IMG/VR virus record: IMGVR_UViG_3300002835_000122 | Coordinates: 1 to 64,000 of that record | Strand: one strand, 5' to 3' | From: a virus | Taxonomy: Duplodnaviria > Caudoviricetes | Length of the DNA stretch: 64,000 nucleotides | Shown here: piece after piece, positions 31,401 to 40,100 of the stretch | Layout: each line of letters begins with the position of its first letter | How positions within the stretch are numbered: position 1 is the stretch's first letter | Made by a program: the position numbers and the translations under genes | Notes under the pieces: model-generated | What the model was told of the DNA's origin: nothing | Database searches by the model: none | What the model saw: the letters and a program-made list of their open reading frames with translations, nothing else

Positions 31401-34400
31401 GTCTCCTCCTAGGAATTGTGCAAATCCCGTTCCATTTCCAGGATAAATATTTCTTTTATATAATTCAAGATCTACCTCTGCGCAAAAGTTGGACATTAGT
31501 TGTCCCATACTTGTCATTATGGTGCCGTCTCCAAAAAATGTACTAACGGGATTTCTTTGGAATATATTTGTTGATAATTTAAATGTTGCTGCATTAGCTG
31601 CTCCGCCCAAGTCACCCCGTCCCACATTGGAGTAGGCATTGGAAACAACATTTCTCAGTCCATCGGCTCTTTGTTTTTCAACTTCGTTAATTGGTTCATA
31701 TAGCATTGTGCCGAAGTGTCTAATTCCAAAACGATTCTCGGAAAATATAGTTCCATTTGTTGCTCTAGCTAAAGCCTCTCTTGTTCTGGATGCGCCCATG
31801 CTCAAAAGCCTAACCATTAAATCTCTTGGTTCAGAAAGATACATTCCAGTATCTACTCCACCATCAATTTTTCCAGAGTCACCCTTTTTATTTGTTGAGT
31901 TAACAATAGCGCCAAGTTCAATTGCGTCAGATTGGGCAGTGACAGTAACTATTTCGCCTTCTTCAACGTTGGTTATGACTCCGTTAAACAAAGTTTGCAA
32001 AGAATTTGGATTTGATCCATAGCCTCCTCTGAGGTGAACTCTAACTCCTGGCTTTAATCTTATATTATTAATATCAACTACGTAGTCATTTCTCATTCCT
32101 GAGACAATATTTTTAGCTACATTTAAAGTCCTGTCTAAGATAGCGCTAATTCCATCCGCATAGCTCAACGGATCGCTATTGAAGTCGTCATTTCGCGCAT
32201 TAAATATATCTGTAGATGGGCGTGTTGTTAATTTTGAGTACATATTTGAGACTCTTAATATTAAGGTATCTCCCAGTAAATCTTCAGATGATACAACTGA
32301 AAAATCTATAACAGATTGAAGACCATAGAAATTATCAAAAAGTTTGACTCCTGCAAACATTCCCCCTTCGTCTATCAGCCATAACATGTAGGTCGGAAAT
32401 GCTCTAAGCATTCGGCCAGATATGTCTCTGTACTGAACATCATTTAACATCTTTTCCATGTGATTATTAAATGAGCCGTCGTAAGCTTTTTGGTATTCAG
32501 ACAATGGCTGAGCTCCACTAATTCCAGTCAAAGATTTATCACAACCAACGTCTGGAGTTTGCATGTCTTTCGTGTAATTGCTTTCAATTTTTTTTGCGCC
32601 ATCAGATTCAATTTTAACATTAGTTCCATCTGCTGTCAGATAAAATCTTCCATTATCTTTATTTATATATCCGAAATGGGACCCCAAAACGGTATACATA
32701 ATTGCAGGTATCTCTTTAGGGTCATTTACTTCTGGATTAGCTAGTGGCATCAAATATATCATTTTATGAAATTCAACTTCGTCTGGATCAAAACTGACAG
32801 ATTCCTCTTCGGCCAGTTTGCTAGTCGCTAATATAGTTTTAATCATATTTTCTGTCGCTGCATTTGTCACCCCCACATTTCCTATGACAAATGGTGATCC
32901 ATTAATTTCTTCAAAAACTGGGTCCGCCTCAGAGGATTGCGAAGCTAGAAATAGGTAATCAGTTAACAGAGTACTTTTTGAAACGTCAGCGTTTGCTTCG
33001 TTAATTACTTGTTGAAAGATAGAAACAAAATTATGTGGACTAATTCCAGATTGATTTACGTAATCTATTATTTCGTTAATTAAATCTTCGTTAGTCTGTA
33101 CTCTTGCGTCTACTGCGGCTGCGTTAGTTGCGTTAGTTACTGAATATCTTCTAAGGAAATTCCTAACTGTATTTTTTACAGATTCAATTTTTTGTTCAAT
33201 TGCATCGGCTGATCCCTTAAAGAAGTCATCAGAGCTATCAAAAGTGAAATTTTTAGTTAAATCTATCTGGATAGTGGTATTATTTATGATATCGCGATCA
33301 AACATTTCAAAACTTCTAAAATAGAAATCTGGATCTAGATTGCCAACGATATCTCCTTCCGTATTTTTGACGCCCAATGGAAGGTCTGGATAGGCGTTAA
33401 ACGATCCCCATAGCTGCTTCATTCTCAGGAAAGGGTTTCTCTTTGTACCAAAATGCTCAATCAATTCCGTCTGTTGCTTTGAGGACATTTTTTCTCTTTG
33501 CTGTTGGAATATATCAAAGTCCACTAAGCTCAACTGTACTGCATAGACATGAGGAAAGTTGGGTATGGTGTCAACCTTATAGTTAAGGGGAAGAACATAT
33601 TTGATTCCGCATAAAGCTGTTATGATATTTTTTATTCCTAGAAATCCTATAACACCAGTAGAGTGCTCAAGTCTAGCTAACGCATTAGTATGATCAAATA
33701 CTGATCTAATTTTTAATAATTCTTTTTCGCCAAAAACAGTCATCGATATATTAATGTAACTGTCCTTGCCCCCAATGTACTGATAACTTGGTTCGTCTTG
33801 CATTTGGATCTGTAGCTTTGCTAGATTATTCCCCATTGATATACTAACGCCATTTACTATGGCGGTCTTTGGGTCAAGATCTACTCGATTCATTGGAACT
33901 TCCCACTCATTGAACTGGTAGTCTCCATCTTTTAATCTTGTTGCTTCCATCATATTTTTGATGAAGCCGTCAGTAAAAAATCTTTCATACAGATTGACCT
34001 GAAAGGCTTCAGTAACTTGCTGTGCAATTTTTTCTCTATCTGGTTCTACTCCAGCGCTTTGTGTCTGTCTGACAAATTCCTCATCAATAAGTTTTTCCAA
34101 AATAGTTCCAGACGAACTAGCTCTTTTGTGAAGTTCTTTTTTGATATTGTTTAAACTACCCTGAGCTAATATTCCATCAAAAAAGTATGACTCTGCCGTA
34201 CTAGGGTATTGTTCGAAGTAACCGTTTACTCCCCGAAGTTCTATCTTTTCTTGATAATCTAAGAACCATCTTTTTTCTTCATTATCTAATCTTGTATTGT
34301 TATTAGATATAAACGATTGCGCTAGGTAAAGGTAAACTTTTTTATATTGATCAGTAGTCGAGATGCCAGCTGTCAAAATATCAATTGCACCTTTAGCCAT

Positions 34401-36650
34401 ATTATTGATAGATTTCGGAAAGTTTGATTCGGTAGCCATTGAAGCAATATCTTTAATATCTTTTATTAAAGGAGTCTCCAAAGTTCTTTCTATTCCAAAT
34501 GAATTAAGAAGTTTATCCCATAGGCCGGAAGCTGTATCGTTTAATATTTTTTCTTGTTCACTTCTAAAGGAAGTGTTGTCTGGTAAGAATATTTTTGTCT
34601 GTGTCTCAGCCGGAGTAAATAAAGTTATATTACTTCCGTCTCTCCATTGTGAGATAATATTAGTTGATAACACATCATTTTCAAAAGAATTTTTTCTTTC
34701 GAATTCAAAATCTTCCTGCTGTTCCATTAAACCAGATACGTCTACACCTATATGTGTTCCATAGTCAATCACATCCACGTTAGCTGTGTCCGAAGGCTTA
34801 TTGTCAGACGTCTTTAATAGGAAGCTTTCATTGACATATTTGTGCATTTCTCCAGCGGCTTTGCCCATATACTGACGATATTTACCCCAGTGTATCGCCT
34901 GATTAAAATCTTTTAACATCGGCAGGAATGGCTTGTGATTAAAGTGGACCATTTCCAAATCAATGACTAAAGCAAATGGATAATTTGGAACTGTTGATAC
35001 TGACATATTGGAAAGTCCAACAGCAGTAATTCCATGTATTGAGTTAAGGTATTGGTTTTTTATTGGTAATATTGGCGAGTACTTAAAGGCTGCAACCAAA
35101 CCCCTGAGAGAAGAAAGAAATTTATCTATTTTTGCTTCATCATCTCCACCATTTTTGAAGTTAATTGTAAAGCTTTCGTCTAGACTTATTGTTGCCGCGT
35201 TGTCTATTGACAAGCCCCATATCTCTTCATAGTTAGGAAAGAAGAGCCGCATAGAAATAATAGTTTCCTTATAACCTGCGTTAAACTTAGGAGTATTTTT
35301 TTGTCTAATAGCTCCACCAGTTAATGATCCTGTTTTGTAATTAGAATTAACACTAATTGAAATCGGAGGAACGTAGAAATTTGCCGCGCCTAATCGAAGA
35401 TGAAACATATCTGGTTTTCTAGGTGGAATGTTTTCCCTAAAAGGAAAATCTTCAATTGCTTTTTTAATTTGTTGTGCGGTATTTTTTATCTGAAAAGCCA
35501 AGGTAAATATTGGCCTATTATCTTTGGTGACTCCAAAAGCTCTTTCTAAAGATATAATTGCATCGGCTTCATTATTCAGTGTGTCTTCTGATCCACCACC
35601 TTGACCGTTATTGGAGTAGTCTCCGACTGCTGCTAGAGCATCAAAGACAAAGGTAACTAGGCCTGGAAAATAAAAATTAATTATTGAAAATGATATTGGA
35701 TCTTTTTGAAGATTATAAACTACTTCACTTAATAATGTTAACCACGGCGTATCTATTGCCGGATCAATATATTCATCTATTGATCTTTTAACTGTTGCAA
35801 CACTCTGCAGTCTTTTTTTTGCAAAATTGCTCATTTCATACGCAAATGATGCTAGATAAAGTAGTCCTGTAGACTCCAACTTTGAGTAAACGCTTTTTGT
35901 TGCATCTTCGTTTAAAGTTGCAACATCGTTGTTGCTATTAGTTGAAAGAACCCTTAGCGCCTTAATTCTAACTTCTTGACTTGCACTACCCCCTCTTGTG
36001 TATTCGAAGAATCCGTCTACTGCAGATTCTACATCCATACTGCTACTAGCTCTGAATATAAAATTACGAATATTTGCATAAGCTTGATCTTCACTGTAAT
36101 TATCTTCTAATTCTTTTTCATCTTCAGAAGATCTAGATTGCTCAGCGTTAGATATTTCAATTAGAACTGTGTCATCAATATCTCTTCCATTTGCAGTGGT
36201 ATTCCATAGTTGCAATCTGGATAATACTTTACCTGCTAAAAGCTTTGTGGTATTGGGATAATAGCCAGAGTATGCATAATTTGCAATGAAATGATAGATT
36301 ACGGCATCTTCGCTGCCTAGATTCGGATTAGGAATGTTGATTGAATTTTCGACATAAGTATTGTATTCCGGTACGACGATTGATGTCTCCGTAGGTATTC
36401 CAAATATAAAAGTAGAAACGGCTATTCTATAGGCAACTAATGAATAGTTATCGTTTTCACCATACTCAAGAAGGTTTTTACCCTTATATTCATGTACAGC
36501 TAAACCACCTGGCGAACCATCATTAAAAAATCGAGATAATTTATCAGCACTGGTGCTTGGATCCGATAGTAATTGTGTTACCTCTTCATATAAGCTAGGA
36601 TGCTCAACAATGTATTTTAGTACATTTTTAGATATTGTATTAATTGCCAT
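25452..36650 (-). CDS. Giant baseplate hub protein (gp27-like) with RlpA-like barrel and C-terminal SNase domain (3732 aa)
   Basis: Hub motifs RLKPGVRVHLRGGYG...LFNGVIT and IGNPDIRPHDLVYL...GIFEVEQVVHHF; YIAMRWPY...RRVLV..PLTGRAVV barrel; KDGDTF...VRFDGINTGET...DRVLG...SLNWELV nuclease. Confidence 0.75.
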   Translation of the reverse strand: MAINTISKNVLKYIVEHPSLYEEVTQLLSDPSTSADKLSRFFNDGSPGGLAVHEYKGKNLLEYGENDNYSLVAYRIAVSTFIFGIPTETSIVVPEYNTYVENSINIPNPNLGSEDAVIYHFIANYAYSGYYPNTTKLLAGKVLSRLQLWNTTANGRDIDDTVLIEISNAEQSRSSEDEKELEDNYSEDQAYANIRNFIFRASSSMDVESAVDGFFEYTRGGSASQEVRIKALRVLSTNSNNDVATLNEDATKSVYSKLESTGLLYLASFAYEMSNFAKKRLQSVATVKRSIDEYIDPAIDTPWLTLLSEVVYNLQKDPISFSIINFYFPGLVTFVFDALAAVGDYSNNGQGGGSEDTLNNEADAIISLERAFGVTKDNRPIFTLAFQIKNTAQQIKKAIEDFPFRENIPPRKPDMFHLRLGAANFYVPPISISVNSNYKTGSLTGGAIRQKNTPKFNAGYKETIISMRLFFPNYEEIWGLSIDNAATISLDESFTINFKNGGDDEAKIDKFLSSLRGLVAAFKYSPILPIKNQYLNSIHGITAVGLSNMSVSTVPNYPFALVIDLEMVHFNHKPFLPMLKDFNQAIHWGKYRQYMGKAAGEMHKYVNESFLLKTSDNKPSDTANVDVIDYGTHIGVDVSGLMEQQEDFEFERKNSFENDVLSTNIISQWRDGSNITLFTPAETQTKIFLPDNTSFRSEQEKILNDTASGLWDKLLNSFGIERTLETPLIKDIKDIASMATESNFPKSINNMAKGAIDILTAGISTTDQYKKVYLYLAQSFISNNNTRLDNEEKRWFLDYQEKIELRGVNGYFEQYPSTAESYFFDGILAQGSLNNIKKELHKRASSSGTILEKLIDEEFVRQTQSAGVEPDREKIAQQVTEAFQVNLYERFFTDGFIKNMMEATRLKDGDYQFNEWEVPMNRVDLDPKTAIVNGVSISMGNNLAKLQIQMQDEPSYQYIGGKDSYINISMTVFGEKELLKIRSVFDHTNALARLEHSTGVIGFLGIKNIITALCGIKYVLPLNYKVDTIPNFPHVYAVQLSLVDFDIFQQQREKMSSKQQTELIEHFGTKRNPFLRMKQLWGSFNAYPDLPLGVKNTEGDIVGNLDPDFYFRSFEMFDRDIINNTTIQIDLTKNFTFDSSDDFFKGSADAIEQKIESVKNTVRNFLRRYSVTNATNAAAVDARVQTNEDLINEIIDYVNQSGISPHNFVSIFQQVINEANADVSKSTLLTDYLFLASQSSEADPVFEEINGSPFVIGNVGVTNAATENMIKTILATSKLAEEESVSFDPDEVEFHKMIYLMPLANPEVNDPKEIPAIMYTVLGSHFGYINKDNGRFYLTADGTNVKIESDGAKKIESNYTKDMQTPDVGCDKSLTGISGAQPLSEYQKAYDGSFNNHMEKMLNDVQYRDISGRMLRAFPTYMLWLIDEGGMFAGVKLFDNFYGLQSVIDFSVVSSEDLLGDTLILRVSNMYSKLTTRPSTDIFNARNDDFNSDPLSYADGISAILDRTLNVAKNIVSGMRNDYVVDINNIRLKPGVRVHLRGGYGSNPNSLQTLFNGVITNVEEGEIVTVTAQSDAIELGAIVNSTNKKGDSGKIDGGVDTGMYLSEPRDLMVRLLSMGASRTREALARATNGTIFSENRFGIRHFGTMLYEPINEVEKQRADGLRNVVSNAYSNVGRGDLGGAANAATFKLSTNIFQRNPVSTFFGDGTIMTSMGQLMSNFCAEVDLELYKRNIYPGNGTGFAQFLGGDLDDGWSTASSLVEDDGKTLAGQRYLEAGTDRSWNRLITEAQNGSVSSSNTIDSIVEDNKLVSAEGRAGAVKNVLLGGLTAGIAAIPGVNAVAGLAGGGALMGLLRGRGGTNVFRTMGIISPNADDDLSGFDEVSFRAQTYMRTVWDLFQICARLLPNYIVAVRPFEDRSTIFYGKPHWLYTSGVVPVTTGFPSVKKANELDLPGYPKHRSADEDIQMVMDNVNRQANSLADYEAFKRSSELSDFMATLAKDQASSTGIYAPTKRLTGKLLNFNSQLATKRVSKDADGNNIILSQLPVSAGTVKMGFHLPIGGEKTYASITQEHKQIENIPPRFQYPYYTISEDTILDKKSYEVRDGGLFGEYLSDIGGNQASGTSNVVDLLGFGGWLSPLTPIAKIIDSAEDGDSNEARLSNMSKRQNLQERFSEAALKSFSTGGAALSANLIYFLQLEAEFLNEAKITIKPSSGNLELDRPLGFSSLLVTIDSGVSDLISLNKTVYSKMPLPSVYSQNIPTDFQTVNSVVASSGDNKDDFSFEYELSQPISYEEWGSPATKEEEMFYIAMRWPYKPDTVDASLEKFKQVYKFEDLYGSAADYKKRRVLVFSPLTGRAVVCAPAYFLWGEGDDDVDAVVSPDAAWYLGTFVSTIDDKIAADGSQLAESLPAWANILLHDRADTGNSLLEKIEAETGLSTFPRDVDCFFGFVPDDTPLGVVSSAAAPVKRFFNDADKNSYIIGFGNFAIDDNGDANKFTASKTSLDIGNMSQYPADAAERYLKNSDSSLEEYSATNSEVTSYSYEYGGNILASGDNPSYFQAIVDLNYDALDKGELYKRLDAELLTTGNEETGSGRVGFAPVYSAMDGISVEARSFYDENYDPNVSVIAGNGRTLSQAADIWDQFRFGYHTYDSVKAIFTRHYGLDADSTDPFPKEFKRILGASSNTPFQNFSQSTVSIPGLSATDGTGVDELAILLGSDFFNEPDTTTDLGSGVGFSGASSRIEAVEFIRKNYIDYESKGIRGDAGIIQYFNSVISRSLDGIRLNFFESKVINNALSISIENKEDPAAAIKLAEVINTPKQLFLLMVGLFRQKLWSTGYGRAWLVLKPDRKRGIITAGGGGEDGQWSFKPVDKVFEAFISPYSQYSKDESKFLKLLVSTKGEGSNSSTFIGGIDEDIGDFYSANIGPILGAIGDGLSSLLGMFKLSMMQMGYALSEVGNFSKQAHILNKVLNDSIYYSLGRPGSLLRAVDNPFTREYGEPVIEIRQPFQRIHYLSSFSHIISNQIQENLNNVSTVITAVSDGKNPVTVALDKGAPSERQTETTVETGLYYDNMIGSGFLGVLHPFMHPLETFRGYAKTLQGTPDELSARRIALSHLKESIKDIYGGELTLIGNPDIRPHDLVYLSDVYNRMYGIFEVEQVVHHFTSEMGYITTVTPNALVTVNDPSRWFMSSWLHSWLSMQNMRNDTRFYMDNIMASNTGINMGGNISVDALADSLSTQMIGGIQYTHGSSALMKDIMANQTALSLPDKARQEIESKGQGKASGTDTVMQVVGVSVARAVPIVGQLAWKGWTWLRDNVLDQHGCYVQYLNKNGQPMDAGLSYNQGMVVGRYHTKALLPGILGTRTKVKTADGNTFIRSDDLLKSLGWQETEIKDLVRYTDYENALTHARVLSLTGLGPEKANLQTSLFKVIVTVTTFKDGDTFDVEDVISGARFTVRFDGINTGETSLTKVGSIPNEPGADGTTISPISTPGGRAMLYTEAKIKNRVFVLRIKVTNRADTNVIFEAQFEPGATENRLQNYTKDVFDRVLGTVWYYQPESMINQIKDFVNQCFMLNRGKTIVTTDMDNPVTKEFFGKDFPGLGSLYKESPIFIKRSNIFDKIKSLDIQYAPPLSLSISALDDYGIPEQEFNRFYNDLVCFKVLEATYNKVDEWPTIFWDEYYEDGHPVSLNWELVANNLATVYTKQLLIESQSVISAEESALIPKQVTLNPGT

Positions 36651-36659
36651 TGTACTTTC

Positions 36660-37109
36660 CTATTTAAACATCATATTGTTACGAATAATAGTTCTAAGTC
36701 TATCACTTGAAGAGTCTTTCATTGTAACAGAAGTATAGTTATCTATTATACTAGACTTTGTTTCTGTTTTGAATGAATCTAGAGTAAAATTTTGTTTTTT
36801 TGTTTGCAGGTCCTTATTGTACCTAGCTTGCTGATGTCTTTTTCCGCTATATCCACTACCATTCATCTGGATATGCGCACTTGGGGCATTGTCTAGTCCC
36901 TCTTTGGAATATTTGATTTTGTCAGATTTCCCTGATGCCTGCATTTTTTGACGCGATTCACCAATCACATTTTGCGATGGGGTTTTGCTTGAGACTATCT
37001 TTGCTGCGTATTTGCTTGCCGTTAAGGATCTATGGGACGTATCTTTAGGCTGTTTGGCAGCAGCGCTTAGGGCTTTATTTTGGTCCTTGACATTTAAAAT
37101 CATATACAT
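36660..37109 (-). CDS. Small basic hypothetical protein (149 aa)
   Basis: Lys/Ser-rich ORF filling the gap between the 1593-aa gene and the hub gene. Confidence 0.55.
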   Translation of the reverse strand: MYMILNVKDQNKALSAAAKQPKDTSHRSLTASKYAAKIVSSKTPSQNVIGESRQKMQASGKSDKIKYSKEGLDNAPSAHIQMNGSGYSGKRHQQARYNKDLQTKKQNFTLDSFKTETKSSIIDNYTSVTMKDSSSDRLRTIIRNNMMFK

Positions 37110-37115
37110 TCAACC

Positions 37116-40100
37116 TTAATAAGATCGGGCCATCGATTGATATGGGTCTCTTGCCACATCCGGGATTCTATTATACATAGTACTGTTAATGTTCCCATTA
37201 GTGAGTCCTGATGCTGCTGCACTAAATTTTTGTATTTGATCTCTATCGCCAAATAAGGAAACCTTATAATTCATGCCCGCAGTAAAACCTTGACCTCTTG
37301 CCTGCGGAATTTCTGACAATCTTTTTGGATAGTCAGACTCATAGGCTGATCCTCCTGGCAAAAGCGGTGGACCGGACATGGCTTCCTGCGTATGATCTTT
37401 TTTGTTTTGATATAAAAAGCTAGCTGCTACAGCTATTCCAGTAGCTATCGCTGCATTGCGAACTCCGGGTTTAGCAAACTGCTCTGCTAGATATTGTTTG
37501 TTCATTCTTTTGTACATTGATTCCGAGGCAGTTGATTTCTTTACTTTTGACAGATCTCTGAGAGTATCTGCAACAACTCCAGGAGTTGTTTCTGTTATAT
37601 CATCTGCGGATTTAAGAATATTACTTGAAGCTAAATCTCCGTTTAAAAAGGCTGCAGCTTCCTTATCCAGCTGTGCATTTACTTCAAATATAGTTTTATT
37701 TTTTAACGCTCTAGCTATTTGCTGCTCGTCCATAGAGCCTGGTCCTTGATCAACTTTACCTTTTATAAGTGATGAAATAACGGAAGAATTATTGTCTGTT
37801 CCAAAAAAGCCATCTGCAAAATCTAGGTCCAATACATCTTCCATAATACCTGCTTTTTGGGCGTTGGACAATCGATTTTGAGTAAAAATATCATCAATAT
37901 ATTGTCTTAGTTGAAGGTTCTTAGTTGACTTTTCGTATGTAGCCTTTTGTTCTGACATTTTCATATATCTACTAAGGAGATTAAGGCTTTCATTGTCTAT
38001 ATTTGTTGATGCGTCTGGAAGTTTTGTAAAAAACTCTGGAGCTATTTTTCTTTTTAATCCGCCATATTGAAGGGCGCTAGTCATTTCGTACCCAGATATG
38101 CCCATTGATTTTTGAACTTGTTGAAGATTCTCTAGTAAATTAGTTCCCAATTCTACTTTTCTTATTTCTAATGCTACTCTCGATGCCTCTGGAGCGAAGC
38201 CACTTTCTATCTCGTCAGCTAAACTTTGCACTGCTTTTATTCCTGCTTGATTTTCGTCTAATATTTTTTCTGCTGCAATTCGTGATCTTTCACTTGTTCT
38301 AGATATCAGTTCTTGTTCTTGGGTGATCTGGGCATTTCGCCCTAGTCTCGCCATTGCTTCTAAATAATAGTTTGAAGTATTAGCTACATCTATTATTTTA
38401 GAAAGAGAACCTTTGGCTATAATTCCTCTAGCTCTTAGGACTTCTTCTATCTTCTCATATTGCTTAGATGTTACGGCTTCATTAATATCGGTCAAGTCTG
38501 CAGTGTTATCTGCTTCAAACATTCCTGCTGATAGCTCTTCTGCGAAATTTATAAGATCATTTTGATTCATTTTTCCACTAACTAAGAGGGCTTCATCTAG
38601 TATGAGTTCAGCGCCGTGTTTTTGTTTTAAATAGCCAAACATTTTTCCATACTGTTTTATTGTTTTGTCGCCAAAATCATTTAGGTTAGTTTCTTTTCCA
38701 TACAATTCTTCTAGTACTTTTGCCCCTAAGTTTGGATCCATGTTCGCAAGCTTGGTAGTTTCTTGCAGTAGCATTCGTCCAGATGTAAAAGTTTGTGTCA
38801 TGTCAATGACGGTTTCAGCTGGAGTAAAAGCTAACATTAGCTTCTTACTTATTAGGTCTTGTTGTATGCCAGGAATTGTCCCTAGTATATCTTCCATCTG
38901 CCTAAGGCCATGTCCGACCACAGTAGCTCTATTAATGTACTGTCCAAGGATATTTGTATTTTCTATTGCTGAGTCAATGCTTTTACTTATGAAGGTCTTT
39001 CCTAGTGCAGATTGCAGTTGCTCCGGGCTAATCTTTAATGCATTGACTGTATCGTAAAACTTTTTTGATAGGTCTTTTATCTGATCTTGAGATATAGAGC
39101 TTCCGCTTCTTAATCTGTTTAATTCTTTTGTCATTTGTTGAAGTTGACTTTTTTGCGATCCACTTATTATGCCCTCTAGGCCTGATAAGACTTCTTCTTC
39201 GAGTGGCATTTCTGCCACTTTTGCCACTAGCCTCTGGAACCCAAGTGACATTAGTCCTGGATCTTGGTCACCTAAAGCGATTAATTTTGTTGCAGAAAGA
39301 TTCTCTATTCTATTTTCGCCTGATTTTAATACTCCCAGTTTTTGAAAAAAGTTTCTATTGAAATCTCGCATGATTCCGCCGCTTAATCGATCATTAACAT
39401 CAATGGTCAGTTGTTCTAGTCTATCCATCATCTTTTCATTAAAGAAATCGTCTGACATGCCCATCTTATGAGTTAATGGGTTGATTCCTTGAAGCGAAGT
39501 GGATAACAGTTTGTATTTCTCATCTTCTTTAGCCATCTCATTTAAAGTCTTCATAAAGAATCTATTGCCACCAAATATTTCACGATAGCTTTCTATATCT
39601 TCAAATCTAGTAAGGCCGATAACTTCACCCATTGAAGTAGGTTGACGTACCATAGCGGCACCTAGTCTGCGCTTACCTTCGGACATATATGTACCCAATA
39701 TGGGCAATCCCTTATCGTCTAAGTCGAAACCACCAAGTGCGTGATAGAACTTTCTAATATCATTTTCGTGGAATAAAATATTGTGATTAGAAACTCTAAA
39801 CTTTACGATATCGGCAGAGATTTCATCACCAGCTTCACCTATTTTTACACCCATCATTGGCTTTCCTGACAATATCCTTGTTCTGTCGATATCAATTGAC
39901 TTTCCTGATAGCGTCTTTCTTCCGGTGGTTCCAGTCATTGCATTTGCTTCCGAGTTAAGAGCAAATCTGTACACATCACCAACCACTGGAAGTCTTTGTC
40001 CATTTTTTGTCTTATACAACTCAGCTTCATAGTATTTTTTTAATAGGTTTAAATATTCTGGAGAATCATTAATGCTTATGCCACTTCTATGTAGATCTAA

